This document shows positions 1-8,600 of a stretch of DNA of 37,240 nucleotides, piece after piece; within the stretch, counting starts at the first letter, position 1, and every line of letters starts with the position of its first letter. The notes below the pieces were generated by a model. The model searched no databases. It had not been told where the DNA came from and worked only from the letters and a program-made list of their open reading frames with translations. Source of the stretch: a bacterium. GTDB taxonomy: Bacteria; UBP14; UBA6098; B30-G16. Position numbers and translations under genes: made by a program. The stretch is from contig JAUXEQ010000001.1 in the NCBI GenBank assembly GCA_030620455.1, forward strand, positions 1 through 37,240, written 5' to 3'.

Positions 1-685
1 CGATTCTACCAAGCTCAAATCTATAGGCTATAACCGAATACCAGAACGAATCACCGCTCTCGGGAAGATATCGCCAATTGCTGTCATCAGGACTATATCT
101 AAAATAATAGTTATACAAATTAGTATCTGTTTGTGCAATAAAATCACTAATAAATATTGGAGATGAATATATCCCTAAACTATCGCTTAGCTTAATCCTA
201 TAAGCATTTGCACCGTATACATTACCCCACGCAAATGAAATCCTATCATACCTTGTATGCGACATACTATGGTAAAGACCGAACCAATTTGCCAGAGTAT
301 CACTACTTAGAAAATCAGTTAATATTATTGAATTATCGTGTGAGTAATTTAGAATAAACGTATAAATCCCTGGATCAGGCAGTGTGTCGCTCATTTCTAT
401 ATGTTCTGTAATATATCGTAAATGCCCTGATCCTTTCCAATAGCTTTTCAGTAATAATGTATCATTATTAGGAGTAACGAGTCGTGCTTCGACAATTCCA
501 TTCCCGCCTGCATTAGCCATAAGACCGAACAAATCACCGAATCGCTCGATGAAAACGTCAGCATAAACATCCGCAGGAATGCCATTATTAGTCGGATTAG
601 AAGAATTATCGGAACAACCGACACAAATGTATACTGAAATGAAAATTGAAGCAAAAAGAACAAAGTATCTTTTTTTCGATCTCAT
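1..685 (-). CDS. Partial CDS (first 228 codons; continues past window start): putative lipoprotein/secreted protein, function unknown
   Basis: Missing from the ORF track because no stop lies inside the window. ATG at 685-683, and hand translation shows the frame open down to base 2. N-terminus MRSKKRYFVLFASIFISVYICVGCSDNSSNPTNN has a basic n-region, a hydrophobic core and a Cys in a lipobox-like VGC. The last residues, SGDSFWYSVIAYRFELGRI, resemble the strand motif that ends modules of the neighbouring 609-aa protein. Confidence 0.6.
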   Translation of the reverse strand, partial: MRSKKRYFVLFASIFISVYICVGCSDNSSNPTNNGIPADVYADVFIERFGDLFGLMANAGGNGIVEARLVTPNNDTLLLKSYWKGSGHLRYITEHIEMSDTLPDPGIYTFILNYSHDNSIILTDFLSSDTLANWFGLYHSMSHTRYDRISFAWGNVYGANAYRIKLSDSLGIYSSPIFISDFIAQTDTNLYNYYFRYSPDDSNWRYLPESGDSFWYSVIAYRFELGRI

Positions 686-711
686 AATAAACCTTTAAAA
701 AGTTGATACAA

Positions 712-784
712 AGCTGGCGGTGGGATTCGAACCCACTACCTGCGCATTACGAGTGCGCTGCTCTACCAACTGAGCTACGCCAGC
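712..784 (-). tRNA. tRNA-Thr (anticodon CGT)
   Basis: The reverse complement folds as a 73-nt cloverleaf: acceptor GCTGGCG/CGCCAGC, D stem GCTC/GAGC, anticodon stem GCGCA/TGCGC with loop CTCGTAA, T arm GTGGG-TTCGAAT-CCCAC, discriminator T. CCA is not encoded. Confidence 0.93.
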
Positions 785-818
785 AGTAAAACTGAGTTTC
801 TTAAGTTAAAAAGTTACG

Positions 819-2648
819 TTATCTGTTTATCCTCAAAACACCATTTTTACTAGCCCAGATAAAATATCCAACTCCAGAAAACAACTTATCAGGTTCCACA
901 AACATTTTAGCCTTGGCATCGTATGAAAAGATAATCATAGAGCCAGTTATAAGATCGTCTGGGTATGTTTCAATAGATCGGATAGGAAATCCATCATGTC
1001 CCGCAGGAACACCTATCATATTCCAGCCAGGACTCACAGCAACATCAAAAGAGCGTGCTGGAATATCCCCATGTACAACAAACATCGTATCAACAATAGA
1101 TAGTATCCAATATCCAATGCCGGGTTCGACAGTCTGCACCTCTTCGTACAAGAATCTTTTTGATTCTACATCAAAATTACCCGCATAAGCAATTCCGCCA
1201 ACAGCCATCGGGAAAATGTCAGCAACCGAATCCCTATCAACAAAAACAGGCAGACTAACAAGATTCCAACCTCGTCTTATGTGATAGTATGCTTCGTTAT
1301 CCCTATATTCGACGATATATCGAATCATATAGATGGAATCTCTGACTTCCAACCAATCTGCTCCATTGTAATCGAAAGATTTAGCGCCGAAACATGTATC
1401 CAAACCAATTGCGAAATATCTGTCATCAACTATACAGGCAGCAAAAATCGGTTCATCAACAATAAAGGTCTTCCAACTTGATACATTAACATCTCTCCAA
1501 CCTGGTGTAGCAGAGAGAGCAGCTATCCAATCAACTAACACCGAATCTGGAGTTGTATCCGCAGCAGATGTTAATATTTGAGGTCTAAAGTTGCCAGCAT
1601 TCGTAACCATTATAAGCAGCGAACGAAGTTTGCCAATTCTTTCAAACGGCAAATATGTAGCCCAACCTCTGCCAGAAGTCCAGCTCACTATGGCATCGAT
1701 CAAACCATCATCTACTTTCACTGTATCGTAGGTCGCAGTTACATCGTCGTTTCTGGGAACGGCATAAGCCATTTTCGAAAACTGAGAGTAAGTAGTAGGA
1801 CCGTATTTTGCTCGGACAGCATAGTAATAACCCTTATCGTTTACTGCACTAGTATCATTGTAAAATGTATCAGTATCGCTTGTAGAAGCCAAAAATACTA
1901 GTGAATCCGGATCTGGACTAATCGAACGGGATAATTCATAACCTGTAAGACCTGGAGGAGGCATAAAAAATCTACTCTCGTGCACTGGTTCATTTACGCT
2001 TTTAACTACTTTCGCAATTGGTAATTCTCTCAGCGTACCATCTCTGTATGCAACGATAGCATGAATCCAATAGTCACCATCGAAAGGTTCTAACGAAACC
2101 GGTGCATGATAATGATAGCTTCGTCCCGATGGAATTGTATCTGCCATAACTATTCCAGGTATAGGTATCCATGGTGTATCTATCATTCCCATTCCAATAT
2201 GAAATGTGTCACCAGCATTGAAAACAAGCCCATGATCAGCCAAATAGACGGTGTCCAAACCGGGATGAAGTTCTGTGGTTTCAGGATACGCAAGCAAAGG
2301 AGAAAAAATATCTGGACCACCAATTGTATTATCTTTATAGACCTGAATTTGTGCTCGGACACCGGAAAACATATAAGCTCCGTAATATCTCATAGCCATT
2401 AAGGAACATCGTGCATCTGCAACATATCTTACTGAAATGATATCAAAAACACTAGAATTATCGGTTTTTCTCGATGTTCCGTCGTCAGCTCTCCATAGCA
2501 CTAGTTTAATTGGTTCTATTGGAGGTTTCCAATAGAGTTCCACTCTGGAATCCAAATTGCTAATTGCGACCAATTCTCTTGCAGGTTCCTGTGCTATTAA
2601 TCCTGAAAATAAAAATAAAAGAAACATAAATATAATTGTCCTTCTCAT
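819..2648 (-). CDS. Secreted multidomain surface protein (FN3-like plus two jelly-roll-like modules plus C-terminal GWNL/GYW domain), function unknown
   Basis: The track ORF 819..2651 starts at GTG. The next codon, ATG at 2648-2646, lies 4 nt after AGGAGG and is preferred. Signal peptide MRRTIIFMFLLFLFSGLIAQE. FN3-like strands VELYWKPP and GYYYAVRAKYGPTTYSQFS. Two modules end in YWIHAIVAYRD and IYMIRYIVEYRD. The C-terminal ~155 aa (GWNLVSLP...GIGYWILSIVD...GWNMIGVP...GVGYFIWA) is paralogous to a domain in the 18841..22323 protein. There is no C-terminal sorting domain. Confidence 0.75.
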   Translation of the reverse strand: MRRTIIFMFLLFLFSGLIAQEPARELVAISNLDSRVELYWKPPIEPIKLVLWRADDGTSRKTDNSSVFDIISVRYVADARCSLMAMRYYGAYMFSGVRAQIQVYKDNTIGGPDIFSPLLAYPETTELHPGLDTVYLADHGLVFNAGDTFHIGMGMIDTPWIPIPGIVMADTIPSGRSYHYHAPVSLEPFDGDYWIHAIVAYRDGTLRELPIAKVVKSVNEPVHESRFFMPPPGLTGYELSRSISPDPDSLVFLASTSDTDTFYNDTSAVNDKGYYYAVRAKYGPTTYSQFSKMAYAVPRNDDVTATYDTVKVDDGLIDAIVSWTSGRGWATYLPFERIGKLRSLLIMVTNAGNFRPQILTSAADTTPDSVLVDWIAALSATPGWRDVNVSSWKTFIVDEPIFAACIVDDRYFAIGLDTCFGAKSFDYNGADWLEVRDSIYMIRYIVEYRDNEAYYHIRRGWNLVSLPVFVDRDSVADIFPMAVGGIAYAGNFDVESKRFLYEEVQTVEPGIGYWILSIVDTMFVVHGDIPARSFDVAVSPGWNMIGVPAGHDGFPIRSIETYPDDLITGSMIIFSYDAKAKMFVEPDKLFSGVGYFIWASKNGVLRINR

Positions 2649-3412
2649 CACACACCTCCTATAATACTTTTTACAAGGTCGTCCATCGAATAAAATCCAG
2701 GTGGTTTCCCCTTAATCCAACGGACTGCATTAAAAGCACCCTTTGCAAAAAGTTTTCTATTTTTCGCTCTATGAATAAAAATAATCTCTTCGTCATCATC
2801 AGCAAAAAGAATTTGATGTTCACCTGTAATCTCTCCAGCTCTTAGCGAATGAATTCCTATTTGGCCCTTTGGACGCTCTCCAGTATGACCTTTTCGACCA
2901 AATATTATGGAATCGTTTCTAAGATTTCTCGCTTCGAGTATTTTATTTGCAAAATATAATGCTGTTCCGCTTGGCGAATCTACTTTGTGTCTATGATGAA
3001 TTTCGATAATCTCAGAATCGGCATCAGGAAATGTTTTTGCAGTAATCTTACAGAATTCGCTGAGAATTCCAACTCCCAGCGACATGTTTTCAGCGTAAAA
3101 AATCGGAATAGTAGATGAATATTTTTTCAACCTAAGCTTTAAATCTGAAGAAAGTCCTGTTGTTCCTGAGATAAGCGGTATCATTCGAGAAACACACCAG
3201 TCCGCAATCTTTATTAAACCTTCAGGAGAAGAGAAATCGATAGCACAATCGATATCTGTCGGCAAATCATCAATATCAGAATAAACAGGAATATCCATAA
3301 TCGATGTCCTAGTTTTATCAAAGCCAGCAACTATACACATAGCATTATCTTCTGCTGACTCAGTAAGAGAATGTCCCATTTTCCCAAGAATGCCGGAAAT
3401 TACTATTCGCAA
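2648..3412 (-). CDS. dapB: 4-hydroxy-tetrahydrodipicolinate reductase
   Basis: N-terminal Rossmann motif MRIVISGILGKMG and the DapB signature EIIEIHHRHKVDSPSGTA. TTG start at 3412 is preceded by GGGAGG. Sits directly downstream of dapA. Confidence 0.93.
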   Translation of the reverse strand: MRIVISGILGKMGHSLTESAEDNAMCIVAGFDKTRTSIMDIPVYSDIDDLPTDIDCAIDFSSPEGLIKIADWCVSRMIPLISGTTGLSSDLKLRLKKYSSTIPIFYAENMSLGVGILSEFCKITAKTFPDADSEIIEIHHRHKVDSPSGTALYFANKILEARNLRNDSIIFGRKGHTGERPKGQIGIHSLRAGEITGEHQILFADDDEEIIFIHRAKNRKLFAKGAFNAVRWIKGKPPGFYSMDDLVKSIIGGV

Positions 3413-3422
3413 TATTTCCTCC

Positions 3423-4295
3423 CTAATTTATAATTCCAGAATCTTTAAGAACTTTCCTTAATAAAATAACCGTTTCTTTTGAGGCTTCAGTTAACGGTGG
3501 TCTGAGATTACCGTTCAAAAGACCCATAATTTTCATTGCTGCTTTTAAAGGTACAGGATTGCCTTCGACAAAAAGAGCTTTGACTATAGGATATAATTTA
3601 TAGTGAATCTTTTGGGCTTTAATCAAATTTCCGTTCTCAAAACTCCTTATCATTTCTGCAAAATCCATTGGAACAATATTAGCTGTAGTGGAGATTACGC
3701 CTTTAGCTCCTAAGAGAAGCATTGGAAGAGTCAAAGAATCATCTCCAGAAAGAACAGTAAAACCCGGAGCTTCTAAAAGAATCGCAGAAACCTGATCCAG
3801 ATTGCCGGATGCTTCTTTTATTGCGATTATTCTTTCATTTTTTGATAGTTCCACAACAGTTTTAGGATGCAAATTCGTACCTGTTCGAGAAGGCACATTA
3901 TACAGAATAATTGGAAGTCCGACTTCAGCAATTGTTTCGAAGTAAGCTATATGTCCTCTTTGTGAAGGTTTGTTGCCAAATGATGTAATAACCAATGCTG
4001 CATTTGCTCCCAGTCTTTTCGCTTTATTGGTTCTATCGACGGCTTTCTTCGTCTCTGAAGCTCCAGTTCCCATTATCACAGGGATCCTTCCATCTACAAC
4101 TTCTACTGCCACGGAAAGAAGACTGTCTCTTTCGTCTTCGCTACATGTAAAACTTTCACCTGTACATCCACAGACTAAAATTCCATCAGTTCCCTGTTCT
4201 AAATGCCAATTTATAAGTTTTCGGTATGTGACAATATCGATATTATTTTGATCATCGAAAGGTGTAACCAAAGCTACAATCGATCCTCTATACAT
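3423..4295 (-). CDS. dapA: 4-hydroxy-tetrahydrodipicolinate synthase
   Basis: DHDPS-family motifs: VALVTPF, GILVCGCTGES, ILYNVPSRTG, and the Schiff-base lysine context IIAIKEASGN. 290 aa, adjacent to dapB. Confidence 0.93.
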   Translation of the reverse strand: MYRGSIVALVTPFDDQNNIDIVTYRKLINWHLEQGTDGILVCGCTGESFTCSEDERDSLLSVAVEVVDGRIPVIMGTGASETKKAVDRTNKAKRLGANAALVITSFGNKPSQRGHIAYFETIAEVGLPIILYNVPSRTGTNLHPKTVVELSKNERIIAIKEASGNLDQVSAILLEAPGFTVLSGDDSLTLPMLLLGAKGVISTTANIVPMDFAEMIRSFENGNLIKAQKIHYKLYPIVKALFVEGNPVPLKAAMKIMGLLNGNLRPPLTEASKETVILLRKVLKDSGIIN

Positions 4296-4420
4296 TATTC
4301 CTCCTAAAAGAAAATTATAATTAAGGAATTTTAGTCACGATTTAAAATTTCGCAAGAGGAAAACTATCGAAGCTTGCAGGCTAAAATTTTACAAAAGTTG
4401 TATTACTTCATATGTTCTAA

Positions 4421-5602
4421 TTATTTACGTGAAATAGATTTGAGAATATCCTTAGCCACATTTATTAATTCTTCCCGCTCCGGAATTAAATCAGGTCTCT
4501 TTTTAGTTATATAGTCGTGCAATCTGGAAATTGAATCACCCTTTTCAATTCCAACTTTCGAATCTGCGTGTCTTTCTAAAGTCTCCGTAACAGTGTTATA
4601 ATCAATCTTGCAATATAACGCTCCCATGTCTGTAATTCTTTTTCTTATGACTTTAATATTAGGTTTAAGATCCCGTTGTGTTCTTGTTATTTTTATTCTT
4701 ACCATTTCGTTGAGAAGTTTGTAGCTCTCAATTTTTTTCATAATAATCAAAGTAGGATTTTCTTGATATCTTATATCGATATCGATAGTTCTATATCTCA
4801 GAGTATCAACAGGTTGAAATCGCCATTCAATATTCCATCTAGATTTTTTCCAACCAAATTCCGCATATATAAAACCTTTCTCATCCATCGCCTCGCTGAA
4901 ATTCATTCTCTGAATACTCCCTGGATATATCACTATCGGTCTTGCTAAAATCTTCTGGTACTTATGAATGTGTCCCAGAGCAACATAATCAAATGGAAGT
5001 TTCAAGAAAATATCCGGATAAGTTTGCGGTTCATATTCATAGAGCGAAAGCTTGTGATCACTTCCAGAAAGTCTAGCATTTCTAACAAAAATATGAGTGA
5101 CAAGTATAGAGGGATTGAGTGGATTTATTTCTTTGCTAAGTTCAGCAACAATGTCTTCGAACTGTATATTATGTAACGTATTGTACGGTATTGTAGCAAT
5201 TTGCATCTCGGTATTTTTCAGTTCTAAATTGTAGACAGTTGCATCATCAGCAACGATTATATCCTCGATACCAAGAATTTCATATATTTTCAGAGGATGT
5301 TCTCCCCATCCTGGGACCTCATGATTCCCAATTAAAAAGACTACCTTTGCACCAGTATCAATAATCTTTTTAAGAATCTCGGAAAGCGAATTTAAAACCA
5401 ATGGTGCAGGATTTCCTCTGTTCAGGATATCCCCGGAAAGAATGACTAAGTCAACATTATTCTCTTCGACGAAATTTGCCAGTTCGTTGGCAGCATCGAG
5501 AACAGACTTAAACATTAAGGGCAATTCATTTGCAACTCTTGGCCCAGACATAACACCAAGATGCCAATCTGCGGAATGGACAATTCGTATTTTCTCACCC
5601 AT
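4421..5602 (-). CDS. sbcD: SbcD/Mre11-family metallophosphoesterase nuclease (no adjacent SbcC)
   Basis: Calcineurin-like phosphoesterase motifs in canonical order: IVHSADWHLG, LSGDILNRG, IGNHE, VTHIF, LGHIH. 393 aa with an SbcD-type C-terminal extension. Confidence 0.8.
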   Translation of the reverse strand: MGEKIRIVHSADWHLGVMSGPRVANELPLMFKSVLDAANELANFVEENNVDLVILSGDILNRGNPAPLVLNSLSEILKKIIDTGAKVVFLIGNHEVPGWGEHPLKIYEILGIEDIIVADDATVYNLELKNTEMQIATIPYNTLHNIQFEDIVAELSKEINPLNPSILVTHIFVRNARLSGSDHKLSLYEYEPQTYPDIFLKLPFDYVALGHIHKYQKILARPIVIYPGSIQRMNFSEAMDEKGFIYAEFGWKKSRWNIEWRFQPVDTLRYRTIDIDIRYQENPTLIIMKKIESYKLLNEMVRIKITRTQRDLKPNIKVIRKRITDMGALYCKIDYNTVTETLERHADSKVGIEKGDSISRLHDYITKKRPDLIPEREELINVAKDILKSISRK

Positions 5603-5631
5603 ATCACAATATAAACACTTTACATAAGTTT

Positions 5632-5666
5632 AAATTAAAAAGGGAACCTTACATACTGGTTCCCTT
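5632..5666 (-). terminator. Rho-independent terminator after the TPR-PEGA-NHL gene
   Basis: On the minus strand AAGGGAACC (5666-5658) pairs with GGTTCCCTT (5649-5640... plus-strand arms 5641-5648 and 5658-5665) around a 9-nt loop. The hairpin is followed by TTTTAATTTA and lies 30 nt after the stop at 5696. Confidence 0.6.
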
Positions 5667-5695
5667 CAATATGCAATCAAAAATGTCGATCAATA

Positions 5696-8600
5696 TCACG
5701 GTTTATAATTATTGTCCCAACTTCCTTTAAGAATCTTCAGACCAGAATTATTAGCAATATAAACAATGGATTCAGGTCCTTCACCTCTCTGAGTGATTGC
5801 TCTGGGTGAAAGAAGGTCTTCAGATGCAACAGAAATAGGAACAAATTTATCAGTATATTTGATAAGATTGTTAAGAACATAATCGCTAACGAATATGAAA
5901 CCATCAGGTGTAACATAAACTGAAGATGGCTGCGTTTGATTTTCTAATTCAATTTCGTCAACATATTCACCTGCGATAGTAAACCTAACAATCTTGCCCT
6001 TTCCTATATCAGCTACAAGCAAGTAATCCCCATTAACCGCCACAGAAATCGGATGAATTAATTTCCTTCCGCCAAATTCCTTTTTGAAAGATGGTCCTTC
6101 AAAAATCAGAATTCTATGATTACCTGCATCTGCAATATAATACTCATCCTCAAAAACTGTAACACCAGCAGGCATCCACAAGGGAGCACTACCATATTTT
6201 TCTCCGCTATATGCTATGACATTTATGTCGCCAATTTTCTTAACCGATTCTATATCGCCCTCTTTGGTAATAATCTCCTCTGGAGTTTCCTCAGATTCGA
6301 TCAGCATTGCTGCGCCTGTTCCTTTAGGTTTAAACGTAATAACCTGATGCCTTTTGGGATCTGTAATAACGACCTTGCTGCCATCTAAAGCCAAACCGCC
6401 TATTGCAGATATTTTCAATTCTCTAAGTTTATATTCTTCTTTTCTTTTACCCTGATTATCAAGCCTTTGAAGTCTATTATTAGCAGCATTTGCCACGTAT
6501 GTTTCCAATCCATTCGAGGCAACCGCCAGTGATTTTCTCGTGCCAGAAATATTTCCGGTGGAAGTATATCGCACAGCTTTCTTAAGGTAGATTGTGATTC
6601 TTTCAGATCTGCTTATCTTTATTTGGCTGTCCCAGAGATAGAAACCTTTCTTTTTCACAGTCAGATCGTGAGTGCCTCTATTAGTAGTGATTTTGTAAAG
6701 GGATTTTTTACCAGATACAGGTTTTGCAAGTTCAGGTTTATCATCGAGAACTATTTCTTCTTCGCCTCCAGGTGGCTCAATTGCAATTTCTATAGTCACA
6801 TGAGTTTCCGGAGGTCTATCGGGAACGAGTTCATCGATATCGGGATTCTTTTTAAATTTTGAATCCTTTTGCCATATATAAAGACATTCTCTTTTCTTTC
6901 GACCTCTCTCTGCTTCCTCATCCACAAGATTTTCATATGTCATAGGTGCATCTCTATAGGATGCTAAAGCCCCAGCTGCTGAAGCGTCTCCACGACAACT
7001 AAGCTTTGATAGTTCAAGATTAGCCTTTTGATACCAGTAATTTGTTCTATCTCTTACAGTTTTCAAAATCGATCCCAACGATTTAGCAGCACTACTGCAG
7101 TTGTTTCTCTCAATTTGAATTAGTGCATAAGTATAAGCTGCTCTGATGTGACCCTTTGCTTTGAGCGAAGACAAGATTGGCGAAGCTTTGTCATATTGGT
7201 TAATGTTAAAATAACCAATGCCTATAACATAATTAGCCTCGTTTTTATATGGAGAAGTACAACCGGTAAGCACAGTTTTGGCTTGTTCAATAGTACCGGG
7301 GGCTTGATCTTTTTCCTGAACAGTTGCAAGCTTCACTAATGAAACACCTTTTAAGAATCTCGATCTATTTTTTACTTCACTCGAAACAGATGCATTAAGA
7401 ACTCTATTAAATGCATGGATGGCAAAGTTTAACGCAATCCTTCTCTTATCACCAGCAGTTTCAATACCTTTTTGGAGAAAATACTTACCAGCTTCGATGT
7501 ATTTTTCTGCATCTTTAGGCAAACTAATGCCTGCCAAAGCCATAGCAGCATCGAAAACGCTTACATCTCTCTCTTTGCCAAGGCTTGTTTCAATATTTAT
7601 TAGGAATCGTCTTATAGAAACAAGATTACGTACATCTGATGTAAGATAATTATAGTATTGACCTTTAGGATTCTCAAGAGCTTTAAATATCTCATCCGCG
7701 CTAGCAAGTAGATTAACATTATCAGTTTTAACACCCATCCAAAACTTACATTCAGCTTGTCGGAACTTCGCATCAGCACGGAGTTCCAACATTCGTGTGC
7801 TTCTATCGCTTCCTGTTTTTGCAAGAAAATTGCTGATTTTTGTATTTGCTGCTGGATATACACTGTTAATAAAATGAACCCATCCAAACCAATATATTGC
7901 ATCATTATCCGTAGATATGATTCGCCCGAGATTATTCGTAGCAGATCTCGCAGAACCATTATAGATCAAGAAATTTAGCAATGAAGCATCACCAATTCGT
8001 CTTAACACATCTTTCCCTATACTAACATTATTCCTTAGATCAGCCATTTTCTCAATGGATTTATCTAATTGATCCTTTTGACCTATCGACCCTAAAGTAA
8101 GCATATCAACCAGTTTACTAAGCACTGTAAGGTCCCGAATATCCTTTTGAGTTCCTGCAGCTGTGATTAACTTGTTGTTTAAATCTAATGAGTTTTGAAG
8201 TTTCCCCTCAGTAGCGGCGATTTTGCTTTGGCTCGATAGTTTATACTTTTTCCAATTATCATCAGAAACTCGAAGATAAACCCTTGCATTTGTATAGATA
8301 CATACAGCATCCATATATGTCGAAGCGAGAGCCAATCTCTCATTAGACGATTTCTTAGCCACATCAAATGCTTCTTTTGCATCCCCAAACAGCTTTATGG
8401 CATTACTATAGGTAGCTTCTTTAAAAGTTTTGATAAATCCTAACGAAAATCTGCTAAAACCCAGCAAAAAATATCCATTATCGATAAGCTCCTGAACATC
8501 CTCTGCATTTGCTTTAACATTATCATCCTCAAGAAAAGAAATAAAGTCACCTATTGCATTTTCAAGTAACCTTGCTTCTGTTCTTTCTGACGCAGTTAAT

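Noticed and set aside
448-663. 71-aa track ORF on the minus strand (MFFLLQFSF...)
   Set aside because: It is an alternative frame of the same strand. The neighbouring frame, from ATG 685, carries a proper lipoprotein signal peptide and stays open to the window edge, so that frame is the real gene.
712-784. tRNA-Thr as an integration hotspot flanked by accessory surface-protein genes
   Set aside because: There is no integrase, no duplicated tRNA 3' half (att-like direct repeat) and no compositional break visible around it.
913-2402. Plus-strand ORFs 913..1188, 1281..1481, 1578..1901 and 2106..2402
   Set aside because: All lie antisense inside the 609-aa secreted-protein gene. They have low-complexity or odd composition, no SD and no recognisable motifs.
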